Shown here one piece after another: positions 9,696 to 20,075 of a stretch of 64,000 bases of DNA; position 1 is the stretch's first letter, and each line of letters starts with the position of its first letter. The position numbers and the translations under genes were made by a program. Location: assembly GCA_964549185.1 (NCBI GenBank), contig CAZJUI010000002.1:28409-92408 (forward strand), read 5' to 3'. The notes under the pieces are model-generated. The model was not told the DNA's origin, did not search any database, and saw only the letters and a program-made list of their open reading frames with translations. The stretch comes from Candidatus Woesearchaeota archaeon (GTDB taxonomy: Archaea > Nanobdellota > Nanobdellia > SCGC-AAA011-G17 > JAGVZF01).

Positions 9696-9776
9696 ACAGG
9701 GTAAAGTATAACCCATATATAAACTTTATTATTCTATAAAATATTAATTAAAACATTCAATAAAAACCCTTATTTC

Positions 9777-9802
9777 CCTAGACCTTACGTCCACAACATT
9801 TA
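9777..9802 (+). repeat. Degenerate direct repeat of 10522-10547 flanking the RHH/PIN pair
   Basis: 20/26 identity, all six mismatches are transitions; both copies end in a TATA box. Confidence 0.5.
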
Positions 9803-9828
9803 TATACTACTTCGTCTTACTTAGTAAT

Positions 9829-10086
9829 ATGGAATCTATAACTATAAAACTGGACAACGAATTTGCTAAAGATGTGAAGAAAGCTCTAAAAAAACATAAC
9901 TATACTACAAAAACAGAATTCATAAGAGAATCAATGAGGCTTAGATTAAAAGACTTAGAAAAGGAAGAAGCATTAAAACGCGTAAATGCAATGTACGGAT
10001 CTTTAAAACATAAAAAAATAACCGATAAAAGACTTCATGAAGCAAGACAAAGAGCAGTAGAAGAACTAGAGAAAGAACTTAAATAA
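9829..10086 (+). CDS. Ribbon-helix-helix (CopG/NikR-like) antitoxin
   Basis: MESITIKL...YTTKTEFIRESMR. Confidence 0.8.
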   Translation: MESITIKLDNEFAKDVKKALKKHNYTTKTEFIRESMRLRLKDLEKEEALKRVNAMYGSLKHKKITDKRLHEARQRAVEELEKELK

Positions 10087-10480
10087 TTTCTTCAGGTTTT
10101 TTAGTCTCTACAATGTTAACCAATGCTTTAAAATGAGAATCTCTTGAAATCATTATTGCATCGTTATCTCTTGCAAGAATCGCTTGCCAAGCATCTCCTA
10201 TTGGAATTCTTTTCTGATAAGCTATTTGTTTTGCTTCTTTTAATTGCTCTTTTGTAGTATGAACATATCTAAGGTTATTTGGTTTAACAATTGTAAAAAT
10301 AGAGTTAATTTCATCCATGCTACAACCGAAATCTCTTAATTCTTTTATATGAATATTGGAATATATAATTCTAGAATCTTCTTCAATAATCTTTATTATT
10401 AACTTTAAAGCACCCTCTCCATTCTCTCCCCGCTTCATACCAAAATCCAGCCAAATTGATGTATCAAGATTATATATCAT
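10079..10480 (-). CDS. PIN-domain (VapC-like) toxin
   Basis: LDTSIW, E, GDA, SRDSHF acidic PIN residues. Confidence 0.85.
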   Translation of the reverse strand: MIYNLDTSIWLDFGMKRGENGEGALKLIIKIIEEDSRIIYSNIHIKELRDFGCSMDEINSIFTIVKPNNLRYVHTTKEQLKEAKQIAYQKRIPIGDAWQAILARDNDAIMISRDSHFKALVNIVETKKPEEII

Positions 10481-10604
10481 ACTAAGTATAATGCCAAAAA
10501 ATTTAAATTACTATCTAAAGTCCTGAACTTCACATCCGCAACATTTAAAAACATCTAAATAACTAGTTTATCATATATATTCTAAAAGGGGCGATGAGGT
10601 AATT

Positions 10605-11588
10605 ATGAAAGCAAAAAAAACCCCTAAAAAAAGTATAAAACTAGTTGTAATAATTCCAGCCTATAATGAAGCTAACTCTCTTCCTATTGTACTTAAAAAT
10701 ATTCCTAAAAGATTATTGGGAATAAAAGAAGTTCAAGTTGTTGTCATAGATGATGGAAGTGATGATTCAACAGCTGATATAGCACGTTCATTTAACGCTC
10801 TCGTTCTTTCTAACGGAAGAAATATGGGTGTTGGTTATTCTTTCCAGAAAGGACTTGAAAAAGCAATTGAATTACATGCTGATATCCTAGTTAACATGGA
10901 TGCAGATGGACAATTTTCTCCATTAGATATTGAAAAACTAGTCTATCCAATATTAGAAGGCAAAGCAGACATGGTTACAGCTTCTAGATTTAAAGATAAA
11001 AGTTTAACTTACAAAATGCCTTTTATCAAGAAATATGGAAATAAAGCTTTTATTTACTTGATTAATACTCTTACTCATAAAAAATTTACAGATGTTACAT
11101 GTGGTTTTCGCTCTTATTCAAAAGAAGCAATGCTTAACTTAACTGTATTTGGCCAGTTTACTTATACTCAGGAAGTATTTCTTGATCTAGCTTCTAAGAA
11201 TATGAAGATAATTGAAGTTCCTATAAAAGTATTTCCAAGAACATCTGGGAAGAGTAAGGTTACTAAATCATTGATTAAGTATATATTTAATTCTAATTTG
11301 ATTGTTATGAAAGCTTTTCGTGATTATCAGCCTTTAACTTTTTTTGGTTTGATTGGATTGTTTTTTTTCTCTTTTGGATTTTTTGTTGATTTTATATTGT
11401 TTATTAGATGGCTTTCTATTCATAGAACATCTCCTTATGAGACTTTAGTTAATATAGGAATATTTTCAATGATATTTGGATTTTTGCTTATTGTGTTAGC
11501 TTTATTGGCTGATATGCTTGATAGGCAAAGAAGGTTAAATGAAAGAATACTTTATTATCAGAGAAGAAATATGAATGGGTTTAAGTAA
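10605..11588 (+). CDS. GT2 glycosyltransferase, DPM1/GtrB-like polyprenyl-phosphate glycosyltransferase
   Basis: IPAYNE, DDGSDD, MDADGQ, DVTCGFR, two C-terminal TM helices. Confidence 0.9.
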   Translation: MKAKKTPKKSIKLVVIIPAYNEANSLPIVLKNIPKRLLGIKEVQVVVIDDGSDDSTADIARSFNALVLSNGRNMGVGYSFQKGLEKAIELHADILVNMDADGQFSPLDIEKLVYPILEGKADMVTASRFKDKSLTYKMPFIKKYGNKAFIYLINTLTHKKFTDVTCGFRSYSKEAMLNLTVFGQFTYTQEVFLDLASKNMKIIEVPIKVFPRTSGKSKVTKSLIKYIFNSNLIVMKAFRDYQPLTFFGLIGLFFFSFGFFVDFILFIRWLSIHRTSPYETLVNIGIFSMIFGFLLIVLALLADMLDRQRRLNERILYYQRRNMNGFK

Positions 11589-11589
11589 G

Positions 11590-12681
11590 ATGAATAAATC
11601 TTTAGATAAAATAAAAGTTTGCTATTTTTCCAGTTATTATATAAAAGATTACACCAGAACACAGGTAATAATAAATGGATTAAAAAAGAATAATGTTGAA
11701 GTTATAGAATGTATAGATAATTCTAAATCAATTTTAAGATATCCAAGAGCGATTATAAAATTTTTAAAGCTCAAAGATAATTTCGATTTAGTTATAGTTG
11801 GATTTAGGGGGCATGAAATAATGCCAATAATAAGAAAACTAACAAAAAAACCAATTATATTTGACGCATTCCTATCTTCTTATGACACTATGTGTTTTGA
11901 TAGAAAGAAGTTCAAGCCAAATTCTTTTTTTGGTAAATTCTTTTTTTGGTTGGATAAATATGATTGCACTATTGCTGATAAAGTTTTATTAGAAACAAAA
12001 CAACATGTAGATTATTTTGTTAAAACATTTGAAATTAATATTAATAAGTTCGATAGCATTTATGTTGGAGCTGATGAAGACATGTTTTTTCCACAAAATA
12101 AAGAAAAATCAAATAAGTTCATTGTTTTTTATTACGGAACATATAGACCACTACAAGGTATAGAATATATAATTAAAGCTGCAAAATTATTGGAGAAAGA
12201 TAAAGATATTTTATTCAGATTAATTGGTGGTGGGAAACATTATGATGTTGATTACTATAATTCAATAAAGAAATTAACTAAAGATTTAAACATTAAAAAC
12301 ATTGAATTTGTAGATTGGATTCCATATAAGAAAATTCCAGAAGAAATTTCCAAAGCAGATATATGTTTAGGTGGCCACTTTTCAAATATTGACAAAGCAT
12401 CTAGGGTAATAGCTGGAAAAACTTTTCAATTTATAGCAATGAAAAAACCAACAATAGTGGGAGAAAATAAAGCAAATAAAAGCATTTTTTTAAATAGAAA
12501 GAACGTATATATGTGTAAAATAGCTGATGAAAAATCTTTAGCAAAAGCAATAGTTGAATTAAAAGACAACCCAAAATTAAAATCTAATATTGCAAATAAT
12601 GGTTACAGGTTATTTGTTGAAAAATATAGCAGCAAAGCAATTGGAAAAGACTTAAAGGAGATAATTTTTAATTTAAAATGA
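11590..12681 (+). CDS. GT4 (GT-B) glycosyltransferase
   Basis: YGTYRPLQGIEYIIKAA, ADICLG, KTFQFIAMKKP; alternative start 11575. Confidence 0.85.
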   Translation: MNKSLDKIKVCYFSSYYIKDYTRTQVIINGLKKNNVEVIECIDNSKSILRYPRAIIKFLKLKDNFDLVIVGFRGHEIMPIIRKLTKKPIIFDAFLSSYDTMCFDRKKFKPNSFFGKFFFWLDKYDCTIADKVLLETKQHVDYFVKTFEININKFDSIYVGADEDMFFPQNKEKSNKFIVFYYGTYRPLQGIEYIIKAAKLLEKDKDILFRLIGGGKHYDVDYYNSIKKLTKDLNIKNIEFVDWIPYKKIPEEISKADICLGGHFSNIDKASRVIAGKTFQFIAMKKPTIVGENKANKSIFLNRKNVYMCKIADEKSLAKAIVELKDNPKLKSNIANNGYRLFVEKYSSKAIGKDLKEIIFNLK

Positions 12682-13649
12682 AAATTGCAATAATAAGTGA
12701 GTTGTATGGAACGCAAAGGCAAGGTGGAGAGAATCAAGCAATGCATAATCTTTATAATAATATAAAAAATGAAGGATATTTAGCCGATTTCTATTCTTAT
12801 AAATCTGAAAATCAGATAAATTCTATAATTCCACTAAAAATAAGATGCATTCCATTTATTAGAGATATATTATTTGCTCCAATTATAGGAAAAAATCTTA
12901 TTAAAAGATTAGATAAAGATTATGATTATATTATAATCTCAACTCCAAGTTTAGCTAGCCTTTCAAATTCTAAAAAAATAATTTGTTGGACACATGCATG
13001 TAGAACAATGAAAGCAGAAAAATTAATAAAGGAAAGGAAGTATAAGTTAATATATAATAAAATCACATTAAAGATCATTAAATACTTAGAAGATAAATCA
13101 TTTAATAAGCTAAATAAAATACTTGTTATTACAGAACCTATCGGAGAATTCATAAAAGTTAATTTTAATATAGATAAATCAAAAATAATTAAATTTGAAA
13201 ACATTATAGATAAGAATTTGTTCAAACCAATTAAAACTAAAAAGATATATGATCTTATTTTTGTGGGCAGGGGAACAAAACAAAAAGGGTTTGATAAATT
13301 AATTGAAATTGCAAAACAAAACAAAAACTTAAAGATATTAGCAGTAGTTAATATACTAGAGTTTAAAAATATCCCACACAATATTGATATTAAATATAAT
13401 ATAAAAAATGATGAAATGCCGAAGTATTATAATCTAGCTAAAACATTTATACTTCCATCATTAGATGAAGAGCAACCATTGACTATCTTAGAAGCAGCAT
13501 CATGCGGATTAAAGATATTAGCAAGTAAAGAAGCATTAAAAAATTTTGAAAATATTAAAAAATCGGAATATGGATTATATGCAATAAGAATTGTAAAAAA
13601 TAAATCATATAATAGGATTTCAAAAGAATTATTTACAAACAATGTATAA
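12678..13649 (+). CDS. GT4 glycosyltransferase
   Basis: FVGRGTKQKG, LPSLDEEQPLTILEAASCG (EX7E). Confidence 0.85.
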   Translation: MKIAIISELYGTQRQGGENQAMHNLYNNIKNEGYLADFYSYKSENQINSIIPLKIRCIPFIRDILFAPIIGKNLIKRLDKDYDYIIISTPSLASLSNSKKIICWTHACRTMKAEKLIKERKYKLIYNKITLKIIKYLEDKSFNKLNKILVITEPIGEFIKVNFNIDKSKIIKFENIIDKNLFKPIKTKKIYDLIFVGRGTKQKGFDKLIEIAKQNKNLKILAVVNILEFKNIPHNIDIKYNIKNDEMPKYYNLAKTFILPSLDEEQPLTILEAASCGLKILASKEALKNFENIKKSEYGLYAIRIVKNKSYNRISKELFTNNV

Positions 13650-15147
13650 AGGTAGAAAAACACATTCAAAAAATGAAAATGAAAGAAAATTGATTAATAT
13701 ATTAGTAATAACATTAATAATAATTATTTATCTTCTTTATACATTTTTATTTATTAACATCCATACTCCATTTTATCAAAAAGGATTTGACTCATATGCT
13801 AATTTGGGGACTATTAAATATTTAGAATCGCAAGTAAATCATGATATTACATATGAACCAGACCTTTTTCCTGGAAATTACAAAGGAGATTTTCACATAG
13901 GGTTAAATACAATATTAATGATAATCTTAATTAAAATATTAGATATAAGCTATGTAAATTTATTTTTAATATTGGGATTAATAAATATAATTTTGTTTAT
14001 TATATCTCTTAAAATATTTTTAAATTCTATGAATATAAAAGATAATATACAATTAAATTTTTTTATTTTATTTTTACTTTTATCTACTTCAATCCCAGTT
14101 CTTTATGGTAGTTCAATGTCTATATCAGACATTTTAGTTACTGCACATTATTCTTCTTTTTTTGCATTTTCTATATTTTTATTATTACTTTCTATAAATA
14201 TAAATCAAAAATTTAATAAAAATGTTACATATATGTTAAATCTAATATTATTCTTTTTATTATTCTCTTCACATTTATTAACAGGTTTTATATATCTTGG
14301 ATTATATTTTATATTTTTATTTTCTATATTAATCCAAAATAAGAAAATTGAATCTTTTAGGATATATACAATTTTAATATATCTATTTGCAATGTTGTTA
14401 CTATTATCTTGGCCATATAATAATTGGTTAAAATTCTTTATTAGCTCAGAACCTTTGCAGAATAGCATATTGTCATATAACCAATTTGACCTTAATGTAA
14501 TATTGGGATATATATCTATCATATCCTTGGGTATTGTTGGTTTGTGGAAATCCACTAGAAAGATTTTCCTCTATCTTTGGAGCATTTTGTTCTTTTTAAT
14601 TTGTATATCTCTTTTATTTCCTATAAGAATATCTTCTTACTGGAGATTTCTTCCATTTTTAAAAATTCCATTAACATTAGGACTTTCATTTTTGTTTATA
14701 TCTATATTAAAAAATAATAAATTAAAGATAGTAATATTTTCCATTACCATTATTATCCTAATCTTAGCAAATATTTATAATATTAATAATACGATATTAA
14801 CAAAAGAAAATGACTATGATAAAACATTACAATTAATGAATTTTATCCCACAAAAATCAAAAATTCTTTCAGATCCATTTATTTCATATGATCTACAAGG
14901 AATTGGAAATTATCAGGTGCTTTTTATAGCAAGTGGGCATATTACTGATCCAGAAATTAATAAACAGAACGATGATTATATTAATCGGTGGTATGATGGA
15001 TGTAACTTTACAGATCAAGAATTTAAAATATTTGATTATGTTATCATACCAAAAAATAACCAAGCATGTATGACTCAAATTACCAACAAAAATTTCCAAA
15101 TTAAAAATGAAACAAAAGACTATAACATCTATGAAAAAATCTCTTAG
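13642..15147 (+). CDS. Polytopic membrane protein, GT-C-like/polymerase-like
   Basis: About 11 hydrophobic segments, acidic first loop (GFDSY), soluble C-terminal domain; glycosylation-cluster context. Confidence 0.65.
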   Translation: MYKGRKTHSKNENERKLINILVITLIIIIYLLYTFLFINIHTPFYQKGFDSYANLGTIKYLESQVNHDITYEPDLFPGNYKGDFHIGLNTILMIILIKILDISYVNLFLILGLINIILFIISLKIFLNSMNIKDNIQLNFFILFLLLSTSIPVLYGSSMSISDILVTAHYSSFFAFSIFLLLLSININQKFNKNVTYMLNLILFFLLFSSHLLTGFIYLGLYFIFLFSILIQNKKIESFRIYTILIYLFAMLLLLSWPYNNWLKFFISSEPLQNSILSYNQFDLNVILGYISIISLGIVGLWKSTRKIFLYLWSILFFLICISLLFPIRISSYWRFLPFLKIPLTLGLSFLFISILKNNKLKIVIFSITIIILILANIYNINNTILTKENDYDKTLQLMNFIPQKSKILSDPFISYDLQGIGNYQVLFIASGHITDPEINKQNDDYINRWYDGCNFTDQEFKIFDYVIIPKNNQACMTQITNKNFQIKNETKDYNIYEKIS

Positions 15148-16102
15148 ATTTTCCATCATAATTCCAACAAAAGATAGGGAGAAAGATTTAACTAAGTGTA
15201 TAAATTCTATATTAAAACAAAAAGTTAATTTTAATTACGAAATTATAATCATAGATGACGGAAATTTAAATGATGAGCTTATTACTAATTTTAAAAATAA
15301 ATTATCTAAAAAAAATATTTTTTTAACATATATAAAAAAGGATGGTGAACCTGGAACCGCAAAATCAAGAAATATGGGAATAAGATTATCTCACGGAGAG
15401 ATAATATTTTTCCTTGATGATGATATTGTTTTAGCACCCAGATATTTTAATGAAATATTAAAAATGTACAATAATAATAAAATTGCAGGAGTTAGTGGGT
15501 TAATTATAAATCAAGAATATGGAAAAGAAGGTTTTATAGGATTAATTGCAGAAAAACTAGGATGGATAGATAAAAGATACGGCAAGGTAAGTAAGATTGG
15601 TATCAATAAATTAAATAGATTAAAATCAGAAGAGATAAGAGAAATTGATTGGATGCCAACATGTTGTGCTTCTTACAGGAAAAAAATATTACTAAGATAT
15701 GAATTTGATGATAAGTTTTATACAGATTATTCTCTCGGTGAAGATTTAGATTTATCTTTTAGAATTTCTAGAGAACATATTTTAGTAGTAAATCCTAAAG
15801 CTAAATTATATCATTTTAATAGTGAGATTGGTAGAGATTATAAAAAAATAGGTTTTATGAGCATATATAATAGTTTTTATTTTTTTAATAAAAATCTTAA
15901 TGGAAAACTTTTTGATAAAATAAGTTTTTTAACATACATAACAATTTCCCCAATTGCAATAATGTTGTCAAAAAAACCATTTAATAAAAAGGTATTATTT
16001 ATATTTGGGCAAATTAAAGCATTACTTAATGTTTATTGCAGACTAATCTATACTCTATTTAATAAAAAATCACTTTCGACAGTTTTACATAGATATAATT
16101 AA
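15107..16102 (+). CDS. GT2 glycosyltransferase
   Basis: IIIPTKDRE, IDDG, RNMG, FLDDD, GEDLDLSFR; start may be 15131. Confidence 0.9.
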   Translation: MKQKTITSMKKSLRFSIIIPTKDREKDLTKCINSILKQKVNFNYEIIIIDDGNLNDELITNFKNKLSKKNIFLTYIKKDGEPGTAKSRNMGIRLSHGEIIFFLDDDIVLAPRYFNEILKMYNNNKIAGVSGLIINQEYGKEGFIGLIAEKLGWIDKRYGKVSKIGINKLNRLKSEEIREIDWMPTCCASYRKKILLRYEFDDKFYTDYSLGEDLDLSFRISREHILVVNPKAKLYHFNSEIGRDYKKIGFMSIYNSFYFFNKNLNGKLFDKISFLTYITISPIAIMLSKKPFNKKVLFIFGQIKALLNVYCRLIYTLFNKKSLSTVLHRYN

Positions 16103-16162
16103 TAACAACAGTAAATTACTTCAAATAAAAACACTTAAAAGTATATCTATTTTGATAGGTAC

Positions 16163-17518
16163 ATGAAAAAATCAATAAAGCCAATAAAGATAATAATCTT
16201 AATAGTTTTAGTTATTTTAGTTTTAACATTATTTTATTTAAATATAAAGCCATTTGGTGGATCAGTAAGATATTCAAAAATAATAAATCAAGAAAATACA
16301 TTATTACCTCAAGATAGGATATCTGAAATTAAAACAGAAGGAAATATAAAATACCAAGAAGCTTTAGCAGATTTAATTTATACAGATATTTCAACTCCAG
16401 GTGATATTAATGAAGACATATTACTTAAAATAAGATTTAAGGATAATTTTCCTAAAGATTCTAAAATATCTGTTGGAATACAAGATAAAGAAAATCATTA
16501 TAATCAACAAACAGCTTATATTAAAGTTCCAAATGAAAAAGTAATCTCTTCAGATAGTATAAATCAAATTCCAGAAAATTCAATAGTCTACATTGATGAT
16601 ATAAATTTGATAGTTAATAATCAAAACATAATATCAGGGGAAATAAAACCATTAGACCTTCAACCTTTTTTAAGAGGAAGTTATAATATCTTAATATATT
16701 TAGATGGAGATTTATCATTTACAGTCAAACAACAAGACCTAAATTGGTATAATAATACAGATGAAACGAATATTACATTAAAAGACAGTAAAGATAATAT
16801 ATTAACATCTGTAACTATAGAAGATGATAATGATAATAAAAATGATAGAAAATTACATGACCCAAGACAAGCAACATTAACATATCCCAATTTACAGGGA
16901 ATATACAAAATAGAAATAAGAAACAATGAAGATTCTATAATAACAGAAATTCAATCATCAACAGATAAAATAATATTTTTAAATAAATTATTTTTAGCAG
17001 CCTCAAAAAATTATGTTAATAATGATGATCAATTTTCACAAGTTTATTTTAATATAATAAAAGACACAAACATATCTTTGTCAACACCACACAAACAATA
17101 CGAACAAAACATTCAAATCAACAACATCTCATATAAAGTTCCATATCAACAAAAGAATACAATAACACTACCCCAAGGTTCATACAATCTCTTATCATTC
17201 AACTCTAATATTATAGTAGAAGGTAACACTTACTTTGCATTTAATAAAGATTCATTATTCAATCCATATAAGTTTACAATAACAAAGAACATAGCGGAGG
17301 CAGATTACATAATAACAAACTATATTCCTCCAATAGAAGACAATGGATGGTTAATATCAACTGTTAAGTTTAATCTTAGTGATTTATACATAAAAGACAA
17401 CAAATTAAACGTTTTAATTAACATTCCTCATCTAGCTAAGAATGAAACTAAGAACTACACTATTCCTATTGATTACATTGAACTAGAATATTACAAAAAG
17501 CCTTTATTCTCTAGATAG
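16163..17518 (+). CDS. Membrane-anchored extracellular hypothetical protein (target gene of the cassette array)
   Basis: N-terminal TM anchor, beta-rich N-rich body with NxT/S sequons; last 258 bp repeated twice downstream. Confidence 0.85.
   Translation: MKKSIKPIKIIILIVLVILVLTLFYLNIKPFGGSVRYSKIINQENTLLPQDRISEIKTEGNIKYQEALADLIYTDISTPGDINEDILLKIRFKDNFPKDSKISVGIQDKENHYNQQTAYIKVPNEKVISSDSINQIPENSIVYIDDINLIVNNQNIISGEIKPLDLQPFLRGSYNILIYLDGDLSFTVKQQDLNWYNNTDETNITLKDSKDNILTSVTIEDDNDNKNDRKLHDPRQATLTYPNLQGIYKIEIRNNEDSIITEIQSSTDKIIFLNKLFLAASKNYVNNDDQFSQVYFNIIKDTNISLSTPHKQYEQNIQINNISYKVPYQQKNTITLPQGSYNLLSFNSNIIVEGNTYFAFNKDSLFNPYKFTITKNIAEADYIITNYIPPIEDNGWLISTVKFNLSDLYIKDNKLNVLINIPHLAKNETKNYTIPIDYIELEYYKKPLFSR
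17261..17518 (+). repeat. 3'-end repeat copy 1 (within gene 16163-17518)
   Basis: 258 bp, aligns with 18244-18486 and 19476-19733. Confidence 0.95.
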
Positions 17519-17570
17519 AAAGGTTTATAAGTAAGATAATCTTACAGTAAGATTAGGAGGTGAAAGGAAA

Positions 17571-17840
17571 ATGGAAGTCGAAACAACTAAAATGTCATCT
17601 AAAGGACAAATTGTAATACCCCAAGATATAAGGGAAGATATAGAAGCTACAGAAGGAACTATATTTGCTGTTACACATAATAAAGATACAATAATTTTAA
17701 AAAAAATGGAAAAGCCATCAAAAGAATTTATATTAAAAGAAATCGAGAAAATGGCCAAAGAAAATAGAAAATACTTAGAAAGCAAAGGATTTACAGAAAA
17801 AGATGTTATGGAAAAAATCCTAAAATCAAGAGGAAAATAA
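17571..17840 (+). CDS. AbrB/MazE-fold antitoxin
   Basis: TTKMSSKGQIVIPQDIRE; SD GGAGGTGA. Confidence 0.9.
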   Translation: MEVETTKMSSKGQIVIPQDIREDIEATEGTIFAVTHNKDTIILKKMEKPSKEFILKEIEKMAKENRKYLESKGFTEKDVMEKILKSRGK

Positions 17841-17843
17841 ACT

Positions 17844-18245
17844 ATGAATGTGGTCTTAGATACAAACGTTCTTATATCTTTAAGTGTATGGGAAACAAGC
17901 GAAGCAAAAAAATTACTTGATGAGTTAGTTCATAAAAATATAAACATATTTTCCTCAGAAGAAATTAAATTTGAATATGTAAAAGTTTTAAGAAGAGATT
18001 TTGAATTATCAGATAATAGAATTGAAGAAATGTTAGAAAAAATATTTTTCTATATAGATTTCGTAGAACCAGCAGAAAAAGTAGATATTGTAAAAGATGA
18101 TCCTACAGATAATAAGATAATAGAATGTGCAATAGCTTCTAATTCTGAGTATATAATAACTTATGACAAACATTTATTAGATATTAAAAAATTTAGAAAC
18201 ATCAAGATGATAAAACCAAAAGAAGCATTTCAAGTTATAAAATAA
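17844..18245 (+). CDS. PIN-domain toxin
   Basis: VVLDTNVL, DDPTDNKIIECA, ITYDKHLL. Confidence 0.9.
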   Translation: MNVVLDTNVLISLSVWETSEAKKLLDELVHKNINIFSSEEIKFEYVKVLRRDFELSDNRIEEMLEKIFFYIDFVEPAEKVDIVKDDPTDNKIIECAIASNSEYIITYDKHLLDIKKFRNIKMIKPKEAFQVIK

Positions 18246-18486
18246 TCATATAAGTTTACAATAACAAAGAACATAGCAGAAGCAGATTACATAATAACAA
18301 ACTATCAGCCTCCAATAGAAGACAATGGATGGTTAATATCAACTGTTAAGTTTAATCTTAGTGATTTATACATAAAAGACAATAAAACGTTTTAATTAAC
18401 ATTCCACATCTAGCTAAGAATGAAACAAAGAACTACACAATTACATAGAATTAGAATATTACAAGAAACTCTTATTCTCTAGATAA
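18244..18486 (+). repeat. 3'-end repeat copy 2 (decayed; 1-, 4- and 10-nt deletions)
   Basis: Starts on the PIN stop codon; aligns to 17261-17518. Confidence 0.95.
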
Positions 18487-18529
18487 AAACCGAAACATTT
18501 ATATAACAGTTGTTATATTATTATTACAT

Positions 18530-19060
18530 ATGTTACAAAATTATAACAAGTGGAAATTATTAAAAGTATTTTTTGAAGATCCTTTAAAAGAAGGTGGTTT
18601 TCAATTAAGAGAACTTAGCAGAAAAATAAAACTAGCTCCAATTTCAGTAAAACTATATCTAAATGAATTAGTTAAAGACAATTTAATAAAAAAATCAACG
18701 CTTCATAATTACCCAATATATCAAGCTAATCGAGATAATGAAAAATTTCTGCTATTTAAGAAAATAGATACAATTATTTTAATAAAAGAGTTTAATCTAA
18801 TAGATTACCTAAATGATAAATGTCTGCCATCCGTAATAATTCTTTTTGGAAGTGCCTCAAAAGGTGAAGATTTAAAAGATAGTGATATAGATATATTTGT
18901 TCAGGCAAAAGAATCAAAATTAGATTTACAAGAATTCGAAACTAAATTAAAACGAAAGATTAATATATTTTTCTCTGATAACTTTAATAATTTAAGTAAA
19001 GAATTAAAAAACAATATGTTGAACGGCATTATTTTAAAGGGATATTTAAAGGTATTTTAG
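18530..19060 (+). CDS. wHTH-minimal nucleotidyltransferase (MNT) antitoxin
   Basis: N-terminal wHTH; LFGSASKGEDLKDSDIDIFV (GSx10DxD). Confidence 0.85.
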   Translation: MLQNYNKWKLLKVFFEDPLKEGGFQLRELSRKIKLAPISVKLYLNELVKDNLIKKSTLHNYPIYQANRDNEKFLLFKKIDTIILIKEFNLIDYLNDKCLPSVIILFGSASKGEDLKDSDIDIFVQAKESKLDLQEFETKLKRKINIFFSDNFNNLSKELKNNMLNGIILKGYLKVF

Positions 19061-19474
19061 ATGATAGAAGGAATAATAAGGATAACTCCAGATAAAGAGA
19101 AAGCAAAATCTATAAAGAAGATGTCAGAGATAACATCAGAAATGATAAAAACTATAGATATAGAAAGATTTCCCTCAAATATATTAAAAGATTATTATGA
19201 TGTAATTAGAGAATTGATAACAGCGATTCTCCTTTTAGACGGATATAAATTTATTGGAGAAGAAGCTCACAAAAAATCAATACAATATATAGAACAAAAT
19301 TATAATGAATTTACAAAATATGAAATAGTAATGTTAGATGATTTAAGAATATTAAGGAATAAAGTAGCATATGATGGATTTTTTATAAAGAAGGAATACA
19401 TTCAAGAAAGAATAAAAGAAATACTCAATATTATAAATAAGTTAAATAAGATAATAATTGCAAAATTAGAATAA
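19061..19474 (+). CDS. HEPN-like protein (MNT partner)
   Basis: Helical; YYDVIREL...H; LRILRNKVAYDG (Rx4Y in place of Rx4H); abuts the MNT gene. Confidence 0.75.
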   Translation: MIEGIIRITPDKEKAKSIKKMSEITSEMIKTIDIERFPSNILKDYYDVIRELITAILLLDGYKFIGEEAHKKSIQYIEQNYNEFTKYEIVMLDDLRILRNKVAYDGFFIKKEYIQERIKEILNIINKLNKIIIAKLE

Positions 19475-19475
19475 T

Positions 19476-19733
19476 AATCCATATAAATATCAAATAACAA
19501 AGAACATAGCAGAAGCAGATTACATAATAACAAACTATCAGCCTCCAATAGAAGACAATGGATGGTTAATATCAACTGTTAAGTTTAATCTTAGTGATTT
19601 ATACATAAAAGACAATAAACTAAACGTTTTAATTAACATTCCTCATCTAGCTAAAAATGAAACAAAGAACTATACTATTCCTATAGATTACATAGAGCTA
19701 GAGTATTATAAGAAGCCTTTATTCCAACGATAA
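19476..19733 (+). repeat. 3'-end repeat copy 3 (intact 85-codon frame, no start codon)
   Basis: Starts 1 nt after the HEPN stop; translates NPYKYQITKNIAEADY...KKPLFQR*, 81/85 aa identical to the gene end. Confidence 0.95.
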
Positions 19734-19825
19734 TATTAAGAAATATATCTTGCTATCACTTCTCACATCTCACACATTTCACATATGCGCGTAAAGTTTA
19801 TAAATGAGTATTATTTAGTATATTT

Positions 19826-20065
19826 ATGCAACAAGAATCAATAGTTCAAATGCTTGTATCTGGTCAAAATGACCTAGAATGGTTCGAACAAAACCAAGAT
19901 TATCTTAAATCTGAGTATAATAATAAGTTTATTGCTTTTTATGATAAGAAAGTTATAGATTCTGATGCTAATTTAGATAGATTAATGAAAAAATTAGAAA
20001 AAAAAGAAATAAACATTTCTAGAGTATTTATAGAATTTATCAGTAAAGTAAAAACAATATTATAA
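19826..20065 (+). CDS. DUF5678-like small protein
   Basis: WFEQNQDYLKSEYNNKFIAF...VIDSD pattern; precedes a retropepsin-like gene. Confidence 0.75.
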   Translation: MQQESIVQMLVSGQNDLEWFEQNQDYLKSEYNNKFIAFYDKKVIDSDANLDRLMKKLEKKEINISRVFIEFISKVKTIL

Positions 20066-20075
20066 AGTGATTACA

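Noticed and set aside
17261..19733. Diversity-generating retroelement TR/VR pair
   Set aside because: Differences are mostly synonymous and include C, G and T positions in every copy, so they are not adenine-specific; no reverse transcriptase in the window.
17261..19733. CRISPR array or classical integron attC array
   Set aside because: Repeats are about 250-bp coding sequence with gene-sized spacers; no attC-type palindromic structure, cas genes or integrase seen.
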